Shown here piece after piece: positions 30,087-45,108 of a DNA stretch of 64,000 nucleotides. The DNA lies in the NCBI RefSeq assembly GCF_009914755.1, contig NC_060948.1. The stretch is one strand, 5' to 3'. This stretch comes from the human T2T-CHM13v2.0 reference genome, Homo sapiens. Positions within the stretch are counted from its first letter, which is position 1. The number at the start of each line of letters is the position of its first letter. The translations under genes were made by a program, and so were the position numbers. The notes beneath the pieces were generated by a model. It saw only the letters and a program-made list of their open reading frames with translations. It was not told the DNA's origin and did no database searches.

Positions 30087-33000
30087 AGTGATTCGGATGT
30101 CTTTTAATTGAATGGAAAGAAATCAAATGGAATGGAAAGGAATAAAATGGAATGGAATGAAATAGAATGCAATAGAATGGAAGTGAGTGGAGTCGAGTTG
30201 AATGGAATCGAATTGAATGGAATAGAATGGAATAGAATCAAATGGAATGGACTCGAATGCAATGGAACCGAATGGAATGGACTGGAACATAATGGAATCG
30301 AACGTATTGGAATGGAAAGGAATGGAAAGGAATTGAATGCAACGGAAAGCAATGGAATCGAATGTAATGGAGTCGTATGTAGTGGAGTCGAATGGAATGG
30401 AATCAAATGGAAGGAAAAGAATACAATCGAATGGAATAGAATAGAATGCAACAGAATGAAACGGAGTGGAATCGAGTGGAATGGAATAGAATTGAATGGA
30501 ATGGAAAGGAATGGAATCGAATGGAATGGATCCGAATGGAATGGATCCGAATGGAATGGAATGGAACAAAATGGAATTGAACAGATTAGAATCGAATGGA
30601 TCCGAATCGAATGGAATGGAATAGAATGGAATGGAATGGAATGGAATGGAATGGAATGGAATGGAATGGACCCAAATGTAATGAACTCTAATGAAATGGA
30701 CTTTAATAGAATGGATTAGAAAACAATGGGCTCGAATGGAATTTAATCAAGTCGAATTTAATGGAATGGAATGGAATGCAAAACTATGGAATAGCATCAA
30801 ATGGAATGGAACAGAATAGAGTGGAATGGAATGGAATACACAGGAATAGAACAGACTCGAATGTAATGGATTGCAATGTAAGTGATTCAAAGGGAATGGA
30901 ATCAAATGGAATATAATCAAATGGAATGGAATGGAGTGCATTGGAATGGAATAAAATGGAATGCAAACAATGGTACAGAACTCATTTGAATCTAGAGGAG
31001 TGGAATCGAATGCAATGGGAAAGAATGGAATGGACACGAATGGAATGGATTGGAAACAAATGGAATGGAAAGGATTTTAATCATACAGAACAAAATAGAA
31101 TGCAATGGACTCGAATGAAATGGAGTCGAAGAGAATAGTATCAAATGGAAAGGAATGGAATGCAATCGAATCGAATGGAATGTTAATGAAATTAATTGAA
31201 AGGAATAGAATGGAATGAAGTGTAATGGAAAGATATCGAATTGAATGGAATTGAATGGAATGGACACAAACGGAATGGACTGGAATGGAATGAACTGGAA
31301 AGGAATGGAATGGAGCGGAACGGACTCGAGTGCAATGGAATCGAATGGTATAGAATAGAATGGAATGGAATGGAAAGGAATAGAAGGGAATGGAATCGGA
31401 TCCAACGGGACAGATTGGAATGGGGTAGAATTGAATAGAATCGAATGGAATGGCATCGAATGTAATGGAATGGAATGGACTCGAATGGAATGGAGTGACA
31501 TGTAATGGAATCGAAAGGAATGGAATCGAATGAAATGGAATTGAATGGAATAGAAAGGAATAGAATGGAATGGAGTTTAATGGAAAGATATTAAAAGTAA
31601 TGGAATGGAATTGAGTGGACACGAATGGAATGGACTGGAATGGAAAGGACTCGAATGAAATGGAACGCATTAGAATGGACTCGAATGGAATGGATTGGAG
31701 TGGAATGGTCTCGAATGGATTGGAAACGAATGGAATGCAAAGGAATAGAATGGAATGTAATCAAATGGAACGAAATGGAATGGAATGGATTCGACTGGAA
31801 CAGAATTGAATGGAGTGGAATTGATTGGAATGGAATGCAATCGAATGGAATGAACACGAATGGAATAGAATGAAATGAAATGGCATAGAATGGAATGGAA
31901 TGGAATGGCATGGAATGGAATGGAATGGAATGGAATGGCATGGAATGTAATGGAATGGAATGAAATTGATTGGAATGGGATAGGCCCAAAAGTAATGGAC
32001 TCAAATAAAAGGGACTCAAATAGAATGAATTGGAAAGAAACGGTCTCGAATGTAATTCATTCGAATGGAATGATATTGAATGGAATGCAATAGTATGGAA
32101 TGGTATCGAATAGAATGGAATAGAATGGAATGGAATGGAACGGAATGGAGTGCATTTGAACGGACTCAAATGCAATAAATTGCAATATAATTGATTCAAA
32201 TGGAATGGAATCGAATACAATGTAAACAAACGGAATGGAAGGCAATGCAATGGCAAGGAATCGAATGAAATGGAATAAATGGAATGGAATCGAATGGAAA
32301 GGACGCGAATATAATGGACTGTTAAGGAAAGGTCTCAAATCGAATTTATTCCAATAGAATGGAATCGAAAGGAATGCAATACTATAGAATCGAATCGAAT
32401 GGAATGGAATTCAATGGAATGGACAGGAATGGAATGAACTGGAAGTGAATGGACAAGAACGTAATATATTGCAATGTAATGTATTCAAATGGAATGGAAT
32501 GCAATCGAATGGAATTGACTCGATTGGAATGGACTGGAGTGGAATGGACTCAAATGGAATGTATTCGAATGTAATGGACCTGAAAGGAATGGAATCCAAT
32601 GGAATGGAATTGAATGGAATCAAAAGTAATAGAATGGAATAGAGTGTCATTGAATGATATCGAATGGAAGGGAATGGAATGAAATCGAATGGAATGCACT
32701 GGAATGGAATGGACTCGATCAGAACGGACTGTAGCGGCATGTACACAAATGAAAAGGAAACGAATGGAATGGAATGAAATGGAATGAAATGGAATTGAAA
32801 GGAACGGAATGGAATGGAATGGAATGGAATGGATTGGAATAGAATGGATTCAAATAAAATAGAATCGATTGGAATGGTATTGAATGGAGGGGAATTGAAT
32901 GGAATGGAAAGCAATGGAAGATATTGGAATCGAATGGCATCGAATGAAATGGAATGGAACGGAATGGAACGGACTCGAATGGAATGGAATGGACTCAAAT

Positions 33001-36000
33001 GTAATGGACTCGAAAGGAATCGAATGAAATATAATAGACTCGAAAAGAATGGCCTCCAGCGGAATTTATTTGAATAGAATGGAATGAAATGGAATACAAT
33101 AGTATTGAATGGAATAGAATGGAATGGAATCGAATGGAATGTAATCAAATGGAATGGAACGGAATTCAATATAATGGAATAGAATGGAATGCATTGGAAA
33201 GGAGCAGAGTGGAATCGAGTGGAATGGAATCGAAAGGAATGGAATCAAAGGGAAAGAAATGGAATTGAATGGACTTGAATGGAATTGAGTCGAAAGGAAT
33301 TGACTCGAAAGGAATGGACTGGAACAAAAAGGAATCAAATGGACAGGAATGGAATGGAATGGAATGGAATGGACTGGAATAGAATGGAGTCAAATGCAAA
33401 CGCATCGAATGGAATGGATTGAAATGGAATGCAATTGAATGGAATAGAAAGGAAGAGAATGGAATTGAGAGTAATGGAAAGATATGGATTGGAATGAAAT
33501 GGAATGGAAAGGAATTGAATGTTAAGGAATGGACTCGGAAGAAATGGATTGGAATTTAATGGTCTCCAATGGAATGGACTGGAGTGGAACGGAATCGAAT
33601 GGAATGAAAAGAATGGAACGGAATGGAACGCAAAGGAATAGAATGTTATGGAATCCGATTGGACAGAATGGAATGGAATGGAGTTTCATGAAATGGAGTC
33701 GAATAGAGTGGCATCAAAAGGAATGTAATGGAACGGAGTGGACTCCAAAGGAATGGACTCGAAAGGAATGGAGACGAACCAAATTGAATCCAATGGATTG
33801 GAGTCGAACAGAATGGAATGGAATGGAATGAACTCGACTGGAGTGGAGAGGAATGTAAAGGAATAGAATGGAATGTAATCAAATGGATTGCAAGTGAATG
33901 GAATCAAAAATAATAGAAAGGAATGGAGTGTAAAGGGATGATATTGAATATAATGGAATGGAATGGAATTCAATGGAATGGAGCCGAAGGAATGGACAGG
34001 AATGTAATGGACTCCAATGGAATGGAATGGATGAAAATGGATTTGAACAGATTGGAATCGAACGGAATGGAATGCAATGGAATGGAATGGATTCGAATGG
34101 AGAAGAGACAAATGGAATGGAAACGAATTCAATGGAATTGAAAAGAATAGAATGGAATGGCGTGTAATGGTAAGATACTAAATGGAATGGAATGGAATGG
34201 AATGGAATGGAATGGATTGGAATGGACCCAAATGTAATGCCCTTGAATGGAATATACTCAAATAGAATGGAATCGAAAGGAAAGGTCTCAAATGGAATTT
34301 ATTCAATACAATGGAATCGAATGGAATGCAATAGAATGGAATGGAATCGAATGTAATGGAATCAAATAGAATGGACCAGAATGGAATGGACTGCCATAGA
34401 AGGGACTGCAGTGTAATGGATTGAATTCTAATTCATTCAAATGGAATGGAATTGAATGGAATGGAATCCAATGGAATGGATAGGATTGTACTGGATTGGA
34501 ATAGCATGGAATGCAACGGAGTGGAATGGAGTTGAATGAAGTGGAATGGAATCGATTGGAATGGAATCAAATGGAATGGACGGGAATGGAATGGACTGGA
34601 AGAGAACAGACTCGAATATAATGGATTGCAATGTAATTGATTCAAATGGAATGGAATCGAATGGAATGTAATAAAATTGAAGGGATTGGAGTTCAATGCA
34701 AAGGAAAAGAATGGAATGCCAAGGAATGGAAAGGAATGGAGTGAAATCGAGTGTAATGGAATCGAATGGAATGAAATCGAATGGAATGGACTCAAAAGAA
34801 ATGGACGAGGGACAAAACTGAATCGAACTGATTGGAATGGAACGGAACGGAATGGAATGGAATGGTCTCCATTGGATCGGAGTAGAACGGATTGGAATGG
34901 AATGGAATGAAATGGAATGGAAAGGAATAGAATGGAATGGAATGGAATGGAATGGAATGGAAGGTAATGGAAAGATAACGAACGGATTGGAAAGGAATGC
35001 AATGGACCCTAATGGAATGGAATGGAATTCAACAGAAACCAATGGAATGGACTGGAGTGAAATGGAGTCGAATGTAATTGACTGGAGTGGAATGGACTCG
35101 AAAGGAATGGACTCGAATAGAATGGACTGGAATGGATTGTGTTCGAATGGAGTGGAAAGGAATAAAATGGATTCCACCAGATTGGAATGGAACAGAATGG
35201 AATGGAATGGAATGGAATGCAATGGAACGGCTTGACTGGAATGGAGTCGAATGCAATGGAATAGAAAGGAAAGGAATTGAATGGAATTGAAAGTAATAGA
35301 TTTAAATGGAGTGCAAAGGAAAGATGTCGAATGGAATGGATCGAAAAGAAATAGAATGGAATGGACAGGAATGGAATGGAATAGAATGGAATAGACTGGC
35401 GTGCAATGAAAACGAATGGAATGGAATGGAAAGGAATGGAGTAGAATAAATACTATGGAATGGAATGGAATGGAGGCGAAAGGAAAAGAATGGATTGGAA
35501 TGTCACCGAATGGAAAGATAAGGAATGGAAAGGAGTGGATACGAATGGAATGGAATAGAAAGGAACGGAAAGGTAAAGAATGGAATGGAATCGGATAGAA
35601 TGGAATGCAATGTAATGGAGTCGAATGGAAAATAATCGAGTAGAATGATATTGAATGGAATGGAATTTAATGGAATGGAATGGAATGGAATGGACTCGAA
35701 TGGAATGTACTCAAATGGATTAGAATAGAATGGAATGGAACTAAACGTAATGAACTCGAATGGAATGGACACAAATAGAATGGAAGAGAAAGGAATGGTA
35801 TTGAATGGAATTTATTCGAATAGAATGTAATTCAATGGAATGCAACAGTGTGGCATGGAATCAAATGGAATGGAATCGAATGGAATGGACCCGAGTGGAA
35901 TGGACTCACATAGAACAGCCTGGAATGTAATGGATGACAGTGTATTAGATTCGAAAGGACTGAAATCGAATGGAATGTAATCAAATAGAACGGAATTGAA

Positions 36001-37597
36001 TGCATGGAATGGCATAGAAAGTAATGCAATGGAATGGAATAGACTGGAATGGAATGGAATCGGATGGAATGTAATGAAATGTAATGGAAGGAATGCCATG
36101 GAATGGAATGGAATGGAATGCAATGGCCCGGTGTATAATGGAGTGCAATGGAATTCAGTGGAATGTAGTCAACAGGAATGAAATAGAATGGAATTCAATA
36201 TAAGGGAATGGCATCCAATGGCAGGGAATGGCATCCAATGGCAAGGAATGGAGTGGACTCCAATGGAAACAACATGAAAGGAATATAATATAATGGAATG
36301 GCATTGAACGATATGGAATGCAATGGAGTTAAAAGGTAAGATATCAAATGGAAAAGAATTGAATGGACTCGAATGGAATATAACGGAATGGAATGGACTC
36401 GAATGGAATGTACTAGAGTTGAATGGAATGGAATGGAATGGAAAACAATGGAAAGGAAAGGAAGGGAATTGAAAGGAAAGGAATAGAATGGAATGGAATC
36501 GGATAGAACGGAATTGAATGGAATGGAAACTAAAGGAATAGCATAGAAAGGAATGGCATTGAATGGAATGGAATGGAATGGAATCAGATGGAACAGAAAG
36601 GAATGGAATAGAATCGAATGGTATGGCATCGAATGGATTGGAATGGAATGTAATGGAATGGAAAGGAATGGAATGGACTCGAATGGAATGTACTCAAATG
36701 GAATAGAATAGAATGGAATGGAAGTAAATATAATGGACTCGAATGGAATGGATTGGAATAAATTGGAATTGAATGTATTGGATTCGAATGGAAAGGAATG
36801 GAATGGAATGGAATGGATTCGAATGGAATGGAATCGAATGGAATGGAACGAATTGGAATGTAATTGAATGGCGTCGAAAACAGTAGAAAGAAATGAAGTT
36901 TAATCGAATGATATCGAATGGAATTGAATGGAATGTACGCGAATGGAATGGACTGGAATGGAATGGACTCTATGGGAATGAAGAGGAGTGGAATGGACTC
37001 GAATGTCATGGAGACGATTGGAATGGAAGGGAATGCAAAGGAATGGAATGGAATGGAATCTGATGCATCGCAATGGAATGGAATGGGGTCGAATGGCATA
37101 GAATCGAAAGGAATGGCATCCAATGGAATGGAAACGAATTGAATGGAATGGCATGGAATGGAATGGAAAGGAATATAATGGAAAGGAATCGGATGGAACG
37201 GAATGGAATGTAATGGAGTCGAATGGAATAGAATCTAATAGAATTGCATTGATAGGAATGGAATCGAACGGACTCGAAAGGATTGGAGCCTAACAGAAGA
37301 GAATCGAACACAATAGCATCAAATGGAATGGAAATGAATGGAATGGAACGGAATGGAATGGAATGGAATGGAATGGAATGGAATGGAATGGACACACATG
37401 TAATGGACTTGAATGGAATGGAATCAAATAGAATGGACGCGAATGGAATGTTCTCAAATGGAATTTATGAAAATAGAATGGAATCGAAAGTCATTGAACA
37501 TTATGGAATGGAATCAAATGGAATGAAATCGAATGGAAGGAACCGGAATGGAATGTACTGGAATAAAACGGACTCGAATGTTACGGAAAGAAAAGTA
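30087..37597 (+). repeat. HOR unit 5 (7511 bp)
   Basis: Anchor at 30087 and 37598; the GGGCCC site is changed to AGGCCC at ~31982. Confidence 0.95.
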
Positions 37598-40500
37598 AGT
37601 GATTCGGATGTCTTTTAATTGAATGGAAAGAAATCAAATGGAATGGAAAGGAATAAAATGGAATGGAATGAAATAGAATGCAATAGAATGGAAGTGAGTG
37701 GAGTCGAGTTGAATGGAATCGAATTGAATGGAATAGAATGGAATAGAATCAAATGGAATGGACTCGAATGCAATGGAACCGAATGGAATGGACTGGAACA
37801 TAATGGAATCGAACGTATTGGAATGGAAAGGAATGGAAAGGAATTGAATGCAACGGAAAGCAATGGAATCGAATGTAATGGAGTCGTATGTAGTGGAGTC
37901 GAATGGAATGGAATCAAATGGAAGGAAAAGAATACAATCGAATGGAATAGAATAGAATGCAACAGAATGAAACGGAGTGGAATCGAGTGGAATGGAGTAG
38001 AATTGAATGGAATGGAAAGGAATGGAATCGAATGGAATGGATCCGAATGGAATGGATCCGAATGGAATGGAATGGAACAAAATGGAATTGAACAGATTAG
38101 AATCGAATGGATCCGAATCGAATGGAATGGAATATAATGGAATGGAATGGAATGGAATGGAATGGAATGGACCCAAATGTAATGAACTCTAATGAAATGG
38201 ACTTTAATAGAATGGATTAGAAAACAATGGGCTCGAATGGAATTTAATCAAGTCGAATTTAATGGAATGGAATGGAATGCAAAACTATGGAATAGCATCA
38301 AATGGAATGGAACAGAATAGAGTAGAATGGAATGGAATACACAGGAATAGAACAGACTCGAATGTAATGGATTGCAATGTAAGTGATTCAAAGGGAATGG
38401 AATCAAATGGAATATAATCAAATGGAATGGAATGGAGTGCATTGGAATGGAATAAAATGGAATGCAAACAATGGTACAGAACCCATTTGAATCTAGAGGA
38501 GTGGAATCGAATGCAATGGGAAAGAATGGAATGGACACGAATGGAATGGATTGGAAACAAATGGAATGGAAAGGATTTTAATCATACAGAACAAAATAGA
38601 ATGCAATGGACTCGAATGAAATGGAGTCGAAGAGAATAGTATCAAATGGAAAGGAATGGAATGCAATCGAATCGAATGGAATGTTAATGAAATTAATTGA
38701 AAGGAATAGAATGGAATGAAGTGTAATGGAAAGATATCGAATTGAATGGAATTGAATGGAATGGACACAAACGGAATGGACTGGAATGGAATGAACTGGA
38801 AAGGAATGGAATGGAGCGGAACGGACTCGAGTGCAATGGAATCGAATGGTATAGAATAGAATGGAATGGAATGGAAAGGAATAGAAGGGAATGGAATCGG
38901 ATCCAACGGGACAGATTGGAATGGGGTAGAATTGAATAGAATCGAATGGAATGGCATCGAATGTAATGGAATGGAATGGACTCGAATGGAATGGAGTGAC
39001 ATGTAATGGAATCGAAGGGAATGGAATCGAATGAAATGGAATTGAATGGAATAGAAAGGAATAGAATGGAATGGAGTTTAATGGAAAGATATTAAAAGTA
39101 ATGGAATGGAATTGAGTGGACACGAATGGAATGGACTGGAATGGAAAGGACTCGAATGAAATGGAGCGCATTAGAATGGACTCGAATGGAATGGATTGGA
39201 GTGGAATGGTCTCGAATGGATTGGAAACGAATGGAATGCAAAGGAATAGAATGGAATGTAATCAAATGGAACGAAATGGAATGGAATGGATTCGACTGGA
39301 ACAGAATTGAATGGAGTGGAATTGATTGGAATGGAATGCAATCGAATGGAATGAACACGAATGGAATAGAATGAAATGAAATGGCATAGAATGGAATGGA
39401 ATGGAATGGAATGGAATGGCATGGAATGGAATGGAATGGAATGGAATGGCATGGAATGTAATGGAATGGAATGAAATTGATTGGAATGGGATGGGCCCAA
39501 AAGTAATGGACTCAAATAAAAGGGACTCAAATAGAATGAATTGGAAAGAAACGGTCTCGAATGTAATTCATTCGAATGGAATGATATTGAATGGAATGCA
39601 ATAGTATGGAATGGTATCGAATAGAATGGAATAGAATGGAATGGAATTGAACGGAATGGAGTGCATTTGAACGGACTCAAATGCAATAAATTGCAATATA
39701 ATTGATTCAAATGGAATGGAATCGAATACAATGTAAACAAACGGAATGGAAGGCAATGCAATGGCAAGGAATCGAATGAAATGGAATAAATGGAATGGAA
39801 TCGAATGGAAAGGACGCGAATATAATGGACTGTTAAGGAAAGGTCTCGAATCGAATTTATTCCAATAGAATGGAATCGAAAGGAATGCAATACTATAGAA
39901 TCGAATCGAATGGAATGGAATTCAATGGAATGGACAGGAATGGAATGAACTGGAAGTGAATGGACAAGAACGTAATATATTGCAATGTAATGTATTCAAA
40001 TGGAATGGAATGCAATCGAATGGAATTGACTCGATTGGAATGGACTGGAGTGGAATGGACTCAAATGGAATGTATTCGAATGTAATGGACCTGAAAGGAA
40101 TGGAATCCAATGGAATGGAATTGAATGGAATCAAAAGGAATAGAATGGAATAGAGTGTCATTGAATGATATCGAATGGAAGGGAATGGAATGAAATCGAA
40201 TGGAATGCACTGGAATGGAATGGACTCGATCAGAACGGACTGTAGCGGCATGTACACAAATGAAATGGAAAAGAATGGAATGGAATGAAATGGAATGAAA
40301 TGGAATTGAAAGGAACGGAATGGAATGGAATGGAATGGAATGGATTGGAATAGAATGGATTCAAATAAAATAGAATCGATTGGAATGGTATTGAATGGAG
40401 GGGAATTGAATGGAATGGAAAGCAATGGAAGATATTGGAATCGAATGGCATCGAATGAAATGGAATGGAACGGAATGGAACGGACCCGAATGGAATGGAA

Positions 40501-43500
40501 TGGACTCAAATGTAATGGACTCGAAAGGAATCGAATGAAATATAATAGACTCGAAAAGAATGGCCTCCAGCGGAATTTATTTGAATAGAATGGAATGAAA
40601 TGGAATACAATAGTATTGAATGGAACAGAATGGAATGGAATCGAATGGAATGTAATCAAATGGAATGGAACGGAATTCAATATAATGGAATAGAATGGAA
40701 TGCATTGGAAAGGAGCAGAGTGGAATCGAGTGGAATGGAATCGAAAGGAATGGAATCAAAGGGAAAGAAATGGAATTGAATGGACTTGAATGGAATTGAG
40801 TCGAAAGGAATTGACTCGAAAGGAATGGACTGGAACAAAAAGGAATCAAATGGACAGGAATGGAATGGAATGGAATGGAATGGAATGGAATGGACTGGAA
40901 TAGAATGGAGTCAAATGCAAACGCATCGAATGGAATGGATTGAAATGGAATGCAATTGAATGGAATAGAAAGGAAGAGAATGGAATTGAGAGTAATGGAA
41001 AGATATGGATTGGAATGAAATGGAATGGAAAGGAATTGAATGTTCAGGAATGGACTCGGAAGAAATGGATTGGAATTTAATGGTCTCCAATGGAATGGAC
41101 TGGAGTGGAACGGAATCAAATGGAATGAAAAGAATGGAACGGAATGGAACGGAAAGGAATAGAAAGTTATGGAATCCGATTGGACAGAATGGAATGGAAT
41201 GGAGTTTCATGAAATGGAGTCGAATAGAGTGGCATCAAAAGGAATGTAATGGAACGGAGTGGACTCCAAAGGAATGGACTCGAAAGGAATGGAGACGAAC
41301 CAAATTGAATCCAATGGATTGGAGTCGAACAGAATGGAATGGAATGGAATGAACTCGACTGGAGTGGAGAGGAATGTAAAGGAATAGAATGGAATGTAAT
41401 CAAATGGATTGCAACTGAATGGAATCAAAAATAATAGAAAGGAATGGAGTGTAAAGGGATGATATTGAATATAATGGAATGGAATGGAATTCAATGGAAT
41501 GGAGTCGAAGGAATGGACAGGAATGTAATGGACTCCAATGGAATGGAATGGATGAAAATGGATTTGAACAGATTGGAATCGAACGGAATGGAATGCAATG
41601 GAATGGAATGGATTCGAATGGAGAAGAGACAAATGGAATGGAAACGAATTCAATGGAATTGAAAAGAATAGAATGGAATGGCGTGTAATGGTAAGATACT
41701 AAATGGAATGGAATGGAATGGAATGGAATGGATTGGAATGGACCCAAATGTAATGCCCTCGAATGGAATATACTCAAATAGAATGGAATCGAAAGGAAAG
41801 GTCTCAAATGGAATTTATTCAATACAATGGAATCAAATGGAATGCAATAGAATGGAATGGAATCGAATGTAATGGAATCAAATAGAATGGACCAGAATGG
41901 AATGGACTGCCATAGAACGGACTGCAGTGTAATGGATTGAATTCTAATTCATTCAAATGGAATGGAATTGAATGGAATGGAATCCAATGGAATGGATAGG
42001 ATTGTACTGGATTGGAATAGCATGGAATGCAACGGAGTGGAATGGAGTTGAATGAAGTGGAATGGAATCGATTGGAATGGAATCAAATGGAATGGACGGG
42101 AATGGAATGGACTGGAAGAGAACAGACTCGAATATAATGGATTGCAATGTAATTGATTCAAATGGAATGGAATCGAATGGAATGTAATAAAATTGAAGGG
42201 ATTGGAGTTCAATGCAAAGGAAAAGAATGGAATGCAAAGGAATGGAAAGGAATGGAGTGAAATCGAGTGTAATGGAATCGAATGGAATGAAATCGAATGG
42301 AATGGACTCAAAAGAAATGGACGAGGGACAAAACTGAATCGAACTGATTGGAATGGAACGAAACGGAATGGAATGGAATGGTCTCCATTGGATCGGAGTA
42401 GAACGGATTGGAATGGAATGGAATGAAATGGAATGGAAAGGAATAGAATGGAATGGAATGGAATGGAATGGAAGGTAATGGAAAGATAACGAACGGATTG
42501 GAAAGGAATGCAATGGACCCTAATGGAATGGAATGGAATGGAACAGAAACCGATGGAATGGACTGGAGTGAAATGGAGTCGAATGTAATTGACTGGAGTG
42601 GAATGGACTCGAAAGGAATGGACTCGAATAGAATGGACTGGAATGGATTGTGTTCGAATGGAGTGGAAAGGAATAAAATGGATTCCACCAGATTGGAATG
42701 GAACAGAATGGAATGGAATGGAATGGAATGCAATGGAACGGCTTGACTGGAATGGAGTCGAATGCAATGGAATAGAAAGGAAAGGAATTGAATGGAATTG
42801 AAAGTAATAGATTTAAATGGAGTGCAAAGGAAAGATGTCGAATGGAATGGATCGAAAAGAAATAGAATGGAATGGACAGGAATGGAATGGAATAGAATGG
42901 AATAGACTGGCGTGCAATGAAAACGAATGGAATGGAATGGAAAGGAATGGAGTAGAATAAATACTATGGAATGGAATGGAATGGAGGCGAAAGGAAAAGA
43001 ATGGATTGGAATGTCACCGAATGGAAAGATAAGGAATGGAAAGGAGTGGATACGAATGGAATGGAATAGAAAGGAACGGAAAGGTAAAGAATGGAATGGA
43101 ATCGGATAGAATGGAATGCAATGTAATGGAGTCGAATGGAAAATAATCGAGTAGAATGATATTGAATGGAATGGAATTTAATGGAATGGAATGGAATGGA
43201 ATGGACTCGAATGGAATGTACTCAAATGGATTAGAATAGAATGGAATGGAACTAAACGTAATGAACTCGAATGGAATGGACACAAATAGAATGGAAGAGA
43301 AAGGAATGGTATTGAATGGAATTTATTCGAATAGAATGTAATTCAATGGAATGCAACAGTGTGGCATGGAATCAAATGGAATGGAATCGAATGGAATGGA
43401 CCCGAGTGGAATGGACTCACATAGAACAGCCTGGAATGTAATGGATGACAGTGTATTAGATTCGAAAGGACTGAAATCGAATGGAATGTAATCAAATAGA

Positions 43501-45108
43501 ACGGAATTGAATGCATGGAATGGCATAGAAAGTAATGCAATGGAATGGAATAGACTGGAATGGAATGGAATCGGATGGAATGTAATGAAATGTAATGGAA
43601 GGAATGCCATGGAATGGAATGGAATGGAATGCAATGGCCCGGTGTATAATGGAGTGCAATGGAATTCAGTGGAATGTAGTCAACAGGAATGAAATAGAAT
43701 GGAATTCAATATAAGGGAATGGCATCCAATGGCAGGGAATGGCATCCAATGGCAAGGAATGGAGTGGACTCCAATGGAAACAACATGAAAGGAATATAAT
43801 ATAATGGAATGGCATTGAACGATATGGAATGCAATGGAGTTAAAAGGTAAGATATCAAATGGAAAAGAATTGAATGGACTCGAATGGAATATAACGGAAT
43901 GGAATGGACTCGAATGGAATGTACTAGAGTTGAATGGAATGGAATGGAATGGAAAACAATGGAAAGGAAAGGAAGGGAATTGAAAGGAAAGGAATAGAAT
44001 GGAATGGAATCGGATAGAACGGAATTGAATGGAATGGAAACTAAAGGAATAGCATAGAAAGGAATGGCATTGAATGGAATGGAATGGAATGGAATCAGAT
44101 GGAACAGAAAGGAATGGAATAGAATCGAATGGTATGGCATCGAATGGATTGGAATGGAATGTAATGGAATGGAAAGGAATGGAATGGACTCGAATGGAAT
44201 GTACTCAAATGGAATAGAATAGAATGGAATGGAAGTAAATATAATGGACTCGAATGGAATGGATTGGAATAAATTGGAATTGAATGTATTGGATTCGAAT
44301 GGAAAGGAATGGAATGGAATGGAATGGATTCGAATGGAATGGAATCGAATGGAATGGAACGAATTGGAATGTAATTGAATGGCGTCGAAAACAGTAGAAA
44401 GAAATGAAGTTTAATCGAATGATATCGAATGGAATTGAATGGAATGTACGCGAATGGAATGGACTGGAATGGAATGGACTCTATGGGAATGAAGAGGAGT
44501 GGAATGGACTCGAATGTCATGGAGACGATTGGAATGGAAAGGAATGCAAAGGAATGGAATGGAATGGAATCTGATGCATCGCAATGGAATGGAATGGGGT
44601 CGAATGGCATAGAATCGAAAGGAATGGCATCCAATGGAATGGAAACGAATTGAATGGAATGGCATGGAATGGAATGGAAAGGAATATAATGGAAAGGAAT
44701 CGGATGGAACGGAATGGAATGTAATGGAGTCGAATGGAATAGAATCTAATAGAATTGCATTGATAGGAATGGAATCGAACGGACTCGAAAGGATTGGAGC
44801 CTAACAGAAGAGAATCGAACAGAATAGCATCAAATGGAATGGAAATGAATGGAATGGAACGGAATGGAATGGAATGGAATGGAATGGAATGGAATGGAAT
44901 GGACACACATGTAATGGAGTTGAATGGAATGGAATCAAATAGAATGGACGCGAATGGAATGGTCTCGAATGGAATTTATGAAAATAGAATGGAATCGAAA
45001 GTCATTGAACATTATGGAATGGAATCAAATGGAATGAAATCGAATGGAAGGAACCGGAATGGAATGTACTGGAATAGAACGGACTCGAGTGTTACGGAAA
45101 GAAAAGTA
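37598..45108 (+). repeat. HOR unit 6 (7511 bp)
   Basis: Anchor at 37598 and 45109; collinear landmarks. Confidence 0.95.
41037..41051. promoter_or_regulatory. Perfect three-unit heat-shock element motif (nGAAnnTTCnnGAAn), private to HOR unit 6; function untested
   Basis: The sequence is tGAAtgTTCagGAAt. The other full-length units read GAAtgTTAagGAA at this site (e.g. 3455-3467). Confidence 0.4.
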
